From assembly GCA_963699255.1 (NCBI GenBank), contig OY969425.1:720001-752000 (forward strand): 32,000 nucleotides of DNA. Direction: 5' to 3'. A program made the position numbers and the translations under genes. The number at the start of each line of letters is the position of its first letter. Position 1 is the first letter of the stretch. Source of the stretch: an uncultured bacterium (lineage in GTDB: Bacteria; Margulisbacteria; WOR-1; CAVSGV01). This document shows, piece by piece, positions 7,910 to 15,351 of this stretch. The notes under the pieces are model-generated. The model searched no databases. It saw nothing but the letters and a program-made list of their open reading frames with translations, and was not told where the DNA came from.

Positions 7910-8428
7910 ATGACTGCTGCATCCGGCAAAAAAGTATTAATGGTCATAGCCAGCGAAGGCTTCAGGGACCCGGAATATTATGAGCCTAAGAAGGTCCTGG
8001 AATTGAACGGGATCAAAGTAACAACAGCTTCAACCTCAAAGACCGCCACCGGCGCCGAAGGCGGGATCGTGAATACGGACATATTTCTCAAAGACGCGAA
8101 CGCGAATGATTATGATGCCGCTCTATTCATAGGCGGACCGGGTTCCCATCAATACTTTGATGATCCTAAAGCCCATCAGATCGCGAAAGACATAGTTTCC
8201 TCCGGCAAAGTGCTTGGAGCTATCTGCGCCGCGGTCGCTGTACCAGCCAATGCGGGGGTATTAAAGGGCAAGAAGGCGACCTGTTTTTCCGGCGTGGTGA
8301 ATATGGTCAAGGCCGGCGGGGCGACCTATACCGGTGAGGGCGTCACGGTTGACGGCAGGTTCGTAACAGCGGACGGGCCGAGATCCGCAAAAGCATTCGG
8401 GGAAGCTTTGGTTAAAGCTCTGACATAA
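7910..8428 (+). CDS. DJ-1/PfpI family protein
   Basis: 172 aa with KKVLMVIASEGFRDPEY, a nucleophile-elbow-like GAICAA and FVTADGPRSA, typical of the DJ-1/PfpI class I glutamine amidotransferase-like fold. Confidence 0.8.
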   Translation: MTAASGKKVLMVIASEGFRDPEYYEPKKVLELNGIKVTTASTSKTATGAEGGIVNTDIFLKDANANDYDAALFIGGPGSHQYFDDPKAHQIAKDIVSSGKVLGAICAAVAVPANAGVLKGKKATCFSGVVNMVKAGGATYTGEGVTVDGRFVTADGPRSAKAFGEALVKALT

Positions 8429-8434
8429 ACTCTA

Positions 8435-10165
8435 TTGGAAAACCAAGAATTCGCAAAGATATTTTTTGAAATGGCCGAACTCCTCGAACTGGGAGAAGAG
8501 AATCGCTTCCGCATCCGCGCCTATCAAAAAGCCGCTCAGAACATAGAAAGTCTTCCGGAGAACATCGAGTCGATCTATCAAAAAGGCGGCCTCTCAGCGC
8601 TGGAAAATGTTCCAGGTATCGGACAGGGGATCGCGGAACACATAGAGGAACTGATAAAGACCGGGAAATTAAGACCACATGAACAGCTTCTAAAGAAATT
8701 CCCGAGGAGCCTCGTCGAGCTGATGTCCGTCCCCGGGATCGGCCCAAAAACCGTCATTTTGCTCCACAAAAAACTGAAGATCGACAGCATAGAAAAGCTT
8801 GAGAGAGCGGCAAAGAAAGGCGAGCTGGAAGAACTTCCGGGGATCAGAGCAAAGAAAATCCGGAATATTTTATCCGGGATAGAACTCAAGAAGAGGAACA
8901 TCGGAAGGTTTTCGATCGGGACCGCCCTTCCTTATGCCGAGGCGATAGTTGCTTCGCTCAAGAAGCTGAAGGAGGTCGACAGGATCGTTCCCTGCGGAAG
9001 TCTGCGGAGGGCAAAAGAAACCATCGGCGACATAGACATACTTGTAACATCCAAGAAGCCGGAAAAAGTCATGGATGCTTTCGTCAAGCTTCCCCAGGCC
9101 GAAAAGATCCTCGTAAAAGGCAAGACAAAAACTTCGGTATTGCTGAAGAACGGCATGCAGGCCGACGTAAGGGTGGTCGAGCCGGATAGTTTCGGCGCCG
9201 CCGTTCATTACTTCACGGGATCCAAACAGCACAACATCCTGATAAGGGAAATGGCCATAAAAAAAGGTCTGAAGATCAATGAATACGGCATTTACAGGGG
9301 CAACAAAAAGATCGGCGGATCCCAGGAGAACGATGTTTTCAAGGCACTTGGACTCCCTTATATTCCGCCGGAGATCAGGGAAGCTGAAGGAGAGATCGAG
9401 GCCGCAAAAAAAGGTGAGATCCCGGTCCTGGTGGAGCTGAAAGACATAAGAGGCGACCTGCATATGCACACAAAAGCAACTGACGGATCCAACACGATAG
9501 AAGAAATGGCCGAGACGGCAAAAAAAATGGGCTATGAGTTTGTCGCCATTACGGACCACACAAAATCCACCAGGGTTGCCGGAGGCCTCACGGAAAAAGA
9601 GGCCCTCGCCCATCTTAAAAAGATCGATCGGGCCAACAGGAACATCAGCGGCATAAATATCATACGCGGAATGGAAGTTGACATACTGCCCGACGGCACA
9701 ATGGATTATCCCGATGCCGTCCTGAAAGAGATAGATATCGTCCTAGCGTCCGTGCATTCGAACTTCACGATGAACAGGCGTGAGATGACCAAAAGGATAA
9801 TTACCGCCATGAAGAACAAATATGTGACCGTCCTGGCCCATCCGACGGGACGCCTTATCGGAGAGCGTGATCCGTACGAGGTGGACATGGAACAGGTCTT
9901 AATGGCCGCGAAAGACACAGGGACTTTCATTGAATTGAACGCTTATCCGGCAAGGCTTGACCTGGACGACATACATTGCCGCAAAGCAAAAGAACTGGGC
10001 ATCCTGATAGCGATTACGACCGATTCCCACTCGACCTCTCAGTTCGAGAACATAAGATACGGCGTTCTCACCGCAAGGCGCGGATGGCTTGAAAAGAAAG
10101 ATATTCTTAATACCCTTCCATATGAAAAACTTGTTAAAAAGCTCGCCGTAAAGCGAAGCCTATAA
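8435..10165 (+). CDS. polX: DNA polymerase/3'-5' exonuclease PolX (Pol beta-like domain plus PHP domain)
   Basis: N-terminal ...FRIRAYQKAAQNIESL and HhH regions, the nucleotidyltransferase motif GSLRRAKETIGDIDILV, and a C-terminal PHP domain (DLHMHTKATDGS ... TDSHS). TTG start. Confidence 0.9.
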   Translation: MENQEFAKIFFEMAELLELGEENRFRIRAYQKAAQNIESLPENIESIYQKGGLSALENVPGIGQGIAEHIEELIKTGKLRPHEQLLKKFPRSLVELMSVPGIGPKTVILLHKKLKIDSIEKLERAAKKGELEELPGIRAKKIRNILSGIELKKRNIGRFSIGTALPYAEAIVASLKKLKEVDRIVPCGSLRRAKETIGDIDILVTSKKPEKVMDAFVKLPQAEKILVKGKTKTSVLLKNGMQADVRVVEPDSFGAAVHYFTGSKQHNILIREMAIKKGLKINEYGIYRGNKKIGGSQENDVFKALGLPYIPPEIREAEGEIEAAKKGEIPVLVELKDIRGDLHMHTKATDGSNTIEEMAETAKKMGYEFVAITDHTKSTRVAGGLTEKEALAHLKKIDRANRNISGINIIRGMEVDILPDGTMDYPDAVLKEIDIVLASVHSNFTMNRREMTKRIITAMKNKYVTVLAHPTGRLIGERDPYEVDMEQVLMAAKDTGTFIELNAYPARLDLDDIHCRKAKELGILIAITTDSHSTSQFENIRYGVLTARRGWLEKKDILNTLPYEKLVKKLAVKRSL

Positions 10166-10177
10166 ACACGCTTTAGG

Positions 10178-10195
10178 GCTTGCTATGAAGCAAGC
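10178..10195 (+). terminator. Stem-loop gcttgc-tatgaa-gcaagc after polX
   Basis: Perfect 6-bp stem 13 nt after the polX stop codon. There is no clear U-tract, and it overlaps the -35-like element of the next promoter. Confidence 0.3.
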
Positions 10196-10200
10196 TGGAT

Positions 10201-10209
10201 TGTTATAAT
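10201..10209 (+). promoter_or_regulatory. Extended -10 box TGtTATAAT with -35-like TTGCTA (10180-10185, 18-nt spacer)
   Basis: It precedes the SD and ATG of the 26-aa micro-ORF by about 25 nt. Confidence 0.45.
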
Positions 10210-10234
10210 GAAGCCGGAAAGGAGGGATCTTAAT

Positions 10235-10315
10235 ATGAACACATGGGGATGGATAATTCTCGTGATAATAGTCGTGGCTCTGGTTTACTGGTGGTGGACG
10301 GCCTCGAAAAAATAG
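10235..10315 (+). CDS. Candidate 26-aa hydrophobic micropeptide (MNTWGWIILVIIVVALVYWWWTASKK)
   Basis: A strong SD (AAAGGAGGG, 10218-10226) lies 8 nt upstream of the ATG, and a TGtTATAAT box sits at 10201-10209. It has a single TM-like segment. It is below the ORF-track length cut-off, and I have no homology evidence. Confidence 0.35.
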   Translation: MNTWGWIILVIIVVALVYWWWTASKK

Positions 10316-10415
10316 TTCACAGCTAACAGCTCGCGGCAAACAGCCAACGGTATACGGCTGCTTTAAGCTGTAGGGTGGAAGTTGTAAGCTAAAAAGGCAT
10401 GCTACAAGCTAAACG
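10316..10415. repeat. Degenerate 7-nt-period repeat with inverted second half
   Basis: CAGCTAA CAGCTCG CGGCAAA CAGCCAA CGGTATA CGGCTGC, followed by AAGCTGT AGGGTGG AAGTTGT AAGCTAA. It lies between the two candidate micro-ORFs. Confidence 0.5.
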
Positions 10416-10429
10416 AAAGGGGGTATAAA

Positions 10430-10567
10430 GTGGGAACAATTATTTTTTTAATACTCAGGCTTTCAGGTTTAGTGGATACAAGAATGGATTGGGTTATCCT
10501 TTGCTTCCTGATCTCTCTCGATACCATCGGGATCCCGAGTTTAATATCGATGGTCAGAAAGAAATAA
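10430..10567 (+). CDS. Candidate 45-aa small membrane protein
   Basis: GTG start 6 nt after the SD-like GAAAGGGGG (10415-10423). Translation MGTIIFLILRLSGLVDTRMDWVILCFLISLDTIGIPSLISMVRKK has two hydrophobic stretches. I have no homology evidence. Confidence 0.3.
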   Translation: MGTIIFLILRLSGLVDTRMDWVILCFLISLDTIGIPSLISMVRKK

Positions 10568-10575
10568 CAAAGCAA

Positions 10576-10650
10576 GAGATGTGAGCTGTGAAGTGCGAGA
10601 TGTGAAAATATACTCATATATCTCATTTCGTATCTCCCAACTTCCGCCTC
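10576..10650. repeat. GAGATGN-heptad inverted-repeat hairpin element, copy B
   Basis: gagatgtgagctgtgaagtgcgagatgtgaaaat...atatctcatttcgtatctcccaacttcc. The first 34 nt match copy A at 28 positions, and the right arm shares atctc(g/a)tttc, atctccc and acttcc. Same orientation as copy A; clearly intergenic. Confidence 0.7.
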
Positions 10651-10655
10651 TATTG

Positions 10656-10664
10656 TGATATAAT
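10656..10664 (+). promoter_or_regulatory. Extended -10 box TGaTATAAT, 6 nt upstream of rarA GTG 10671
   Basis: attgTGaTATAATagccacGTGaaa, with no SD. Confidence 0.45.
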
Positions 10665-10670
10665 AGCCAC

Positions 10671-12038
10671 GTGAAATTATTCGAATCATCCGAAATGCCC
10701 GCCGGCGAGGCAGGACAGCAGGAAATCGACAAAAATGCCCCATTGGCCTATAGGATGAGCCCCAGGACGCTTGAAGAATTCGTAGGGCAGGAACACATCA
10801 TAGGCGAAGGTAAGTTGCTGAGGCGCGCCATCGAAGCGGACAGATTGTCCTCGGTCATCCTTTACGGGCCTCCGGGCACAGGCAAGACCGCCCTCGCAAA
10901 AGTCATAGCCAACACAACAAAATCGGAATTCAAGGCGCTGAACGCAACGATCGCAAAAGTTGATGACCTGAAAAAAGTAATTAAAGAAGCTAAAGAGTTC
11001 AAACATGCGCTTAACAAAAAGACCATCCTGTTCCTTGACGAGATCCACAGGTTCAACAAGCTTCAGCAGGATGTTCTTCTGCCTCACGTGGAAGACGGCA
11101 CGCTCACACTTATAGGAGCAACGGTAGAAAACCCGTTCTTTTACGTGACATCCGCACTTATATCGCGGTCGCAGATATTTGAGCTGAAAAAGCTGACCCA
11201 GGAAGAGATCAAAGCCATAATAAATAATGCCCTGAACGACAGAGAGAGAGGTCTCGGAAATTTCAAGGTGTCCGCGGATGATGACGCGATCGAACACCTG
11301 GCGAAAGCATCCGACGGTGACGCAAGAAAAGCTCTCTGCTCGCTTGAAATCGGCGTTTTAACCTCCAAGCCGGGCAGGAATGGCACTATCAAATTCACCA
11401 AAAAGGCCGCTGAGGAATCCATTCAGAAAAAAGCCGTAGTTTATGACAAGGCTGGCGACAGCCATTATGATACGATCTCCGCCTTCATCAAAAGCATGAG
11501 AGGTTCAGACCCTGACGCGGTCCTGTACTACCTGGCAAAAATGATCTATGCGGGAGAAGACCCGCGGTTCATCGCCCGCAGGATAGTGATATGCGCCGCG
11601 GAAGACGTTGGCAATGCCGATCCTCTAGCGCTTGTCGTCGCGAATTCCGCTATGCAGGTGGCTGAATTCGTCGGGATGCCGGAAGCGCGCATCCCTCTCG
11701 CCCAGGCCGCTGTTTACGTTGCCACTGCACCGAAAAGCAATGCCGCTTACATGGGGATCGAAAAAGCGCTGGGGGATGTTAAAAACGGCGTAACAATGGA
11801 GGTTCCCGATCATCTTAAGGGAACCGGGTATTCAGGCGCGGAAAAACTGGGGCACGGCATAGGATATAAGTATGCCCACGACTATGAAGGCGGTTTTGTG
11901 AAACAGGATTATATCCCGCAGAAAAAGAATTATTACGAACCAACAGACAGAGGTTTTGAGGCGAAGATCAAGAAAAGGATGGAAGATCTGAGAAAATCAC
12001 CGGCAATCCACCCCGAAAAATCCGGACAGGACTCATAA
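10671..12038 (+). CDS. rarA: Replication-associated recombination protein A (AAA+ ATPase, MgsA/RarA)
   Basis: PLAYRMSPRTLEEFVGQ, Walker A LYGPPGTGKT, Walker B ILFLDEIHRFNK, and a C-terminal MgsA-type region (YDxxSAFIKSMRGSDPDA, PEARIPLAQA). GTG start 6 nt after a TGaTATAAT box. Confidence 0.9.
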   Translation: MKLFESSEMPAGEAGQQEIDKNAPLAYRMSPRTLEEFVGQEHIIGEGKLLRRAIEADRLSSVILYGPPGTGKTALAKVIANTTKSEFKALNATIAKVDDLKKVIKEAKEFKHALNKKTILFLDEIHRFNKLQQDVLLPHVEDGTLTLIGATVENPFFYVTSALISRSQIFELKKLTQEEIKAIINNALNDRERGLGNFKVSADDDAIEHLAKASDGDARKALCSLEIGVLTSKPGRNGTIKFTKKAAEESIQKKAVVYDKAGDSHYDTISAFIKSMRGSDPDAVLYYLAKMIYAGEDPRFIARRIVICAAEDVGNADPLALVVANSAMQVAEFVGMPEARIPLAQAAVYVATAPKSNAAYMGIEKALGDVKNGVTMEVPDHLKGTGYSGAEKLGHGIGYKYAHDYEGGFVKQDYIPQKKNYYEPTDRGFEAKIKKRMEDLRKSPAIHPEKSGQDS

Positions 12039-12042
12039 ATCA

Positions 12043-12786
12043 ATGGACGCAGCAAAGATAAAAAAACTGCTCGCCAATATCAAGAACGGCAAAATCCCCC
12101 TTGAAGAAGCTTACAGCCGATTGAAACATCTTCCCTTCGAGGACATAGGGTTTGCAAAATTGGACACGCACAGGGCGATGAGAAAAGGATTTCCCGAGGT
12201 GATCTACTGCCAGGGAAAGACGATGCCTCAGATCAAAGAAATATTCAAAAGATTATCCGATAACCACAAGAACATCATGGCAACAAGAGCTGATAAGGAA
12301 GTGTTCAAAGCCATCAGATCAATAAAACCATCGGCAAAATATCATGAGATAGCCGGGATAGTAACGATCGGTAAAGGGGAAGCGGGAAAAGGCAGGACCC
12401 TTGTGATCACCGCCGGTACAGCCGATATCCCCGTCGCTGAAGAAGCGGCTGTAACAGCCGCATTCCTCGGCAACTCGGTCACAAGATTGTATGATATCGG
12501 CGTTGCGGGGCTCCACAGGATCATCGGCAATATGGATAAGCTGAGCGGATCCGATGTTATCATCGTTGTCGCAGGAATGGAAGGCGCCCTCGCATCTGTG
12601 GTCGGCGGATTAACCGACAAACCGGTAATAGCGGTCCCTACCTCGATAGGTTACGGCGCCTCGTTCAAAGGTCTTGCCGCGCTGCTTTCCATGCTGAACT
12701 CCTGCGCTCCCGGAGTGGCGGTTGTCAATATTGATAACGGCTTTGGAGCCGGCTGCATGGCCGCTATCATCAACAAAAGCAAATAA
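12043..12786 (+). CDS. larB: Nickel-pincer cofactor biosynthesis protein LarB (PurE-like carboxylase/hydrolase)
   Basis: FAKLDTHRAMRKGFPEVIYCQGKT and the PurE-like core IIVVAGMEGALASVVGGL...PVIAVPTSIGYG. It starts 4 nt after the rarA stop. Confidence 0.85.
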   Translation: MDAAKIKKLLANIKNGKIPLEEAYSRLKHLPFEDIGFAKLDTHRAMRKGFPEVIYCQGKTMPQIKEIFKRLSDNHKNIMATRADKEVFKAIRSIKPSAKYHEIAGIVTIGKGEAGKGRTLVITAGTADIPVAEEAAVTAAFLGNSVTRLYDIGVAGLHRIIGNMDKLSGSDVIIVVAGMEGALASVVGGLTDKPVIAVPTSIGYGASFKGLAALLSMLNSCAPGVAVVNIDNGFGAGCMAAIINKSK

Positions 12787-12809
12787 AGTAACTTAAACCC
12801 CCTCTCTAT

Positions 12810-12830
12810 CTCCCCCTTACTAAGGGGGAG
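12810..12830. terminator. Palindrome ctccccctta-c-taagggggag between larB and larC
   Basis: Perfect 10+10 palindrome; the realistic stem is CTCCCCC/GGGGGAG with a 7-nt loop. No U-tract. Confidence 0.3.
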
Positions 12831-12869
12831 AAGTCTCAAGCACAAGCGAGAGACAGAAGGGGTAAGGTT

Positions 12870-12898
12870 TTGTTGGTTAGCCTTATATGTGTTAAAAT
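12870..12898 (+). promoter_or_regulatory. Promoter: -35-like TTGTTG (12870-12875), 17-nt spacer, extended -10 TGtTAAAAT (12890-12898), 7 nt upstream of larC ATG
   Basis: TTGTTGgttagccttatatgTGtTAAAATatgatccATG, with no SD. Confidence 0.45.
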
Positions 12899-12905
12899 AT
12901 GATCC

Positions 12906-14084
12906 ATGAAAATAGCCTACTTTGATTGCCCCACAGGCATCTCCGGGAACATGATACTGGCCGCGCTGCTGGATGCGGGCTTAAGCCTTCCATATCTCAC
13001 GAGAGAACTGAAAAAACTGAGCATTAAAGGATACTCGCTTAAGCTCACAAGCGTTTCAAGGAACGGCTTCAGGGCCAAACATCTTGACGTTGTCATCAAG
13101 GAAAATAAGGACGAGAGATCGATAAAAGAGATATATAAGATCATAGACAAAAGCGCGCTTAAACATAGCGTTAAAGCTTTAAGCAAAAACATCTTCAACG
13201 CTCTTTACAAGGCTGAATCCCGCGTTCACGGGAAGAACATCTCACATCTTCACGAAACCGGCGCGATAGACGCGATCATCGACATTGTCGGCGCGGCAAT
13301 AGGTCTCGATAAACTCGGTATCGAAGAGGTTTATTGTTCTCCCCTACCCTTCGGATACGGACCTATCAAAAGCAGCCACGGGACGCTTCCAAATCCCGCT
13401 CCCGCCACAGCGGAACTTCTTTCCGGCGTGCCCGTTTATAAAAAGAACATAAGAGGCGAGCTTGTGACGCCCACCGGCGCAGCGATAATCAGCACAATAG
13501 CCAAAAGCTTTACAGATATGCCAAAGCTTGAGCTTAAAATGACCGGGCTCGGCGCCGGGACTTTTAGCTTCCCCGAAGCCAACATTTTAAGATTGTTCGT
13601 CGGTGAGGCAAATGAAAGTTTCTCCGAAGACATTGCCGCTGCCATAGAAACTAGCATAGACAACCTTAACCCTGAGTTCTATGACCATGTCATTGCCTCC
13701 CTGATGAAAGCGGGGGCCTTTGATGCCCACATAACTTTTGCGAACATGAAAAAGAAACGCCCGGGCGTGATACTCTCGGTATTGTCCGACCTCAAGAACA
13801 AGGACAAACTGATCGACAAGGTTTTCAGCGAAACGACAACGCTGGGTGTCAGGACCTACCTGGTCAAGAGGGAAAAACTTGACAGGTGCTTCGGACAGGT
13901 GAAAACTAAATATGGGAGCGTTGCCGTCAAGATCGGGAAGATCGGAAAGACCGTCAAGAACCTCTCCCCTGAATATGAGGACTGCGCAAAGCTGTCCAGA
14001 AAAAAAGGCGTTCCTCTGAAGATCATTTACGACGAAGCAAAGTCAGAGGCATTAAAAAAGTGGCCTGCCGTCAGTGATCGATAG
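12906..14084 (+). CDS. larC: Nickel insertion protein LarC (DUF111 family), single unsplit ORF
   Basis: The N-terminus MKIAYFDCPTGISGNMILAALLDAG is characteristic of LarC. The LarC1-like and LarC2-like halves are both present in one frame. Confidence 0.85.
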   Translation: MKIAYFDCPTGISGNMILAALLDAGLSLPYLTRELKKLSIKGYSLKLTSVSRNGFRAKHLDVVIKENKDERSIKEIYKIIDKSALKHSVKALSKNIFNALYKAESRVHGKNISHLHETGAIDAIIDIVGAAIGLDKLGIEEVYCSPLPFGYGPIKSSHGTLPNPAPATAELLSGVPVYKKNIRGELVTPTGAAIISTIAKSFTDMPKLELKMTGLGAGTFSFPEANILRLFVGEANESFSEDIAAAIETSIDNLNPEFYDHVIASLMKAGAFDAHITFANMKKKRPGVILSVLSDLKNKDKLIDKVFSETTTLGVRTYLVKREKLDRCFGQVKTKYGSVAVKIGKIGKTVKNLSPEYEDCAKLSRKKGVPLKIIYDEAKSEALKKWPAVSDR

Positions 14085-14111
14085 CGTGTGACATCCTGTT
14101 CCCTTAAGAAG

Positions 14112-15251
14112 CTAATCCAGCACTACCAGTTTCCCGCTCCCGATGACACTGTCGCCCGAGATTATCTTGTAAATATACATGCCGTTACCGGCGACTTCGC
14201 CGCCGAGAGACCTTCCGTCCCAGTTCACCTGGTTCGTCCCGCCCCTGCCCCCGTTCGTGCCGGAGCTGAACCTCATCCTCTTTACTTCCTGTCCCGTTAT
14301 GTCATATATGATTATTGTGGTCGCCGCGTCCCTGGACAGCGTATATTGAATGGTCGTAGTAACACCTGACAGAGGACTGAACGGATTGGGATAATTATAT
14401 ATCCCTCCCACGACCTGGACCGCCCCGCTTAATATCTTGGCTTCCATCGTGATGTCGCGGGCCTCAGCGTTTATGTTCTCCAGATGAAAAGCTAACAGAC
14501 GCTTCTGATGGGAACTCGGTATTACCTTGAAGTTGGTCAGCCATGTCCCGTACACAGGGCTTCCGGAAATGAGGCTTAACGGGGGGTAAACGGGAATATT
14601 GTCAACGCTCAACACTACGGAAGTAACCCCAACCCCTACTTCGCTGGATATGACAGCTTCCAGGCTTACGTTCGATGATATTATGTCTCCCGACCTGAAC
14701 ACCACGCCGTTTATCCTTACCGATACTATCGACATGACCAGAGCCTGGGCTTCCGGCGTAAAAATGTTTGACACTTCAAAAGAAGGAACCGCCCATTCTA
14801 ACGGCATGGGAGGGTCACCCGCGTCAAGTGTTGAAGAAAGCTGGGAATCGCCGTAATAGCTGGATGATTCGACATTGGGGCCGTTCCATGCCCTCACGTA
14901 GATATGGCTTCCATCGATCAGGGATTGGCTGCCCGCGAAATCCCTGATGAACGCGCCGTCGCCAATCCCGCCCTCCCCTACGGATCCCGTCCATATGATA
15001 GAATCTCCGCCTGTCGGCACGCCGGTCTGGCCCGGAGCATGGATCGTCTCTTCTGACGCATAAATGACCTGGATAACTTCTCCGGTAGGCATCTTGGCGC
15101 CGTCATTGTCATATATTGCCTGGTTCGTCCCGTCCATCAGAACATCAATGGTTACCGCTTCCGCCTGCTGCGGAACGATCAATGACCAGATCCCAATGAC
15201 AAATAAACCCCCGATAACAAACAAACAATTTACAAATTTGTCATATGTCAT
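14112..15251 (-). CDS. Secreted protein: N-terminal YVRAW-type domain, central Ig-like region, C-terminal FlgD-Ig / T9SS type A-like sorting domain
   Basis: I prefer the start at ATG 15251, with SD AGGAGA 7 nt upstream, over the ORF-track start 15344. Signal peptide MTYDKFVNCLFVIGGLFVIGIWSLIVPQQAEA. The C-terminal 94 aa (NYPNPFSP...IIIYDITGQEV...VNWDGRS...GMYIYKI) match the FlgD_ig/Por_Secre_tail pattern. Confidence 0.75.
   Translation of the reverse strand: MTYDKFVNCLFVIGGLFVIGIWSLIVPQQAEAVTIDVLMDGTNQAIYDNDGAKMPTGEVIQVIYASEETIHAPGQTGVPTGGDSIIWTGSVGEGGIGDGAFIRDFAGSQSLIDGSHIYVRAWNGPNVESSSYYGDSQLSSTLDAGDPPMPLEWAVPSFEVSNIFTPEAQALVMSIVSVRINGVVFRSGDIISSNVSLEAVISSEVGVGVTSVVLSVDNIPVYPPLSLISGSPVYGTWLTNFKVIPSSHQKRLLAFHLENINAEARDITMEAKILSGAVQVVGGIYNYPNPFSPLSGVTTTIQYTLSRDAATTIIIYDITGQEVKRMRFSSGTNGGRGGTNQVNWDGRSLGGEVAGNGMYIYKIISGDSVIGSGKLVVLD
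14115..14396 (-). other. FlgD-Ig / T9SS type A-like C-terminal domain
   Basis: NYPNPFSPLSGVTTTIQYTLSRDAATTIIIYDITGQEVKRMRF...VNWDGRSLGGEVAGNGMYIYKIISGD...KLVVLD. Confidence 0.7.
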
Positions 15252-15351
15252 TTTTGATCTCCTTGTCATTTGTCCCGCCACCTTATTATTAATATCTAAT
15301 GTGTTACGGGATCCCGCTCTGCGGGAATATTTGAAATTGGTCATTCCATTC

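Noticed and set aside
8326-9930. Minus-strand ORFs within and next to polX (8326-8514, 8412-8747, 8578-8901, 8870-9613, 8932-9156, 9706-9930)
   Set aside because: They are antisense to a high-confidence PolX (and DJ-1) coding region.
10402-10743. 113-aa minus-strand ORF (and 10541-10732)
   Set aside because: It runs across the GAGATGN hairpin element, the rarA promoter box and the rarA start, and its sequence is low-complexity. It is most likely spurious.
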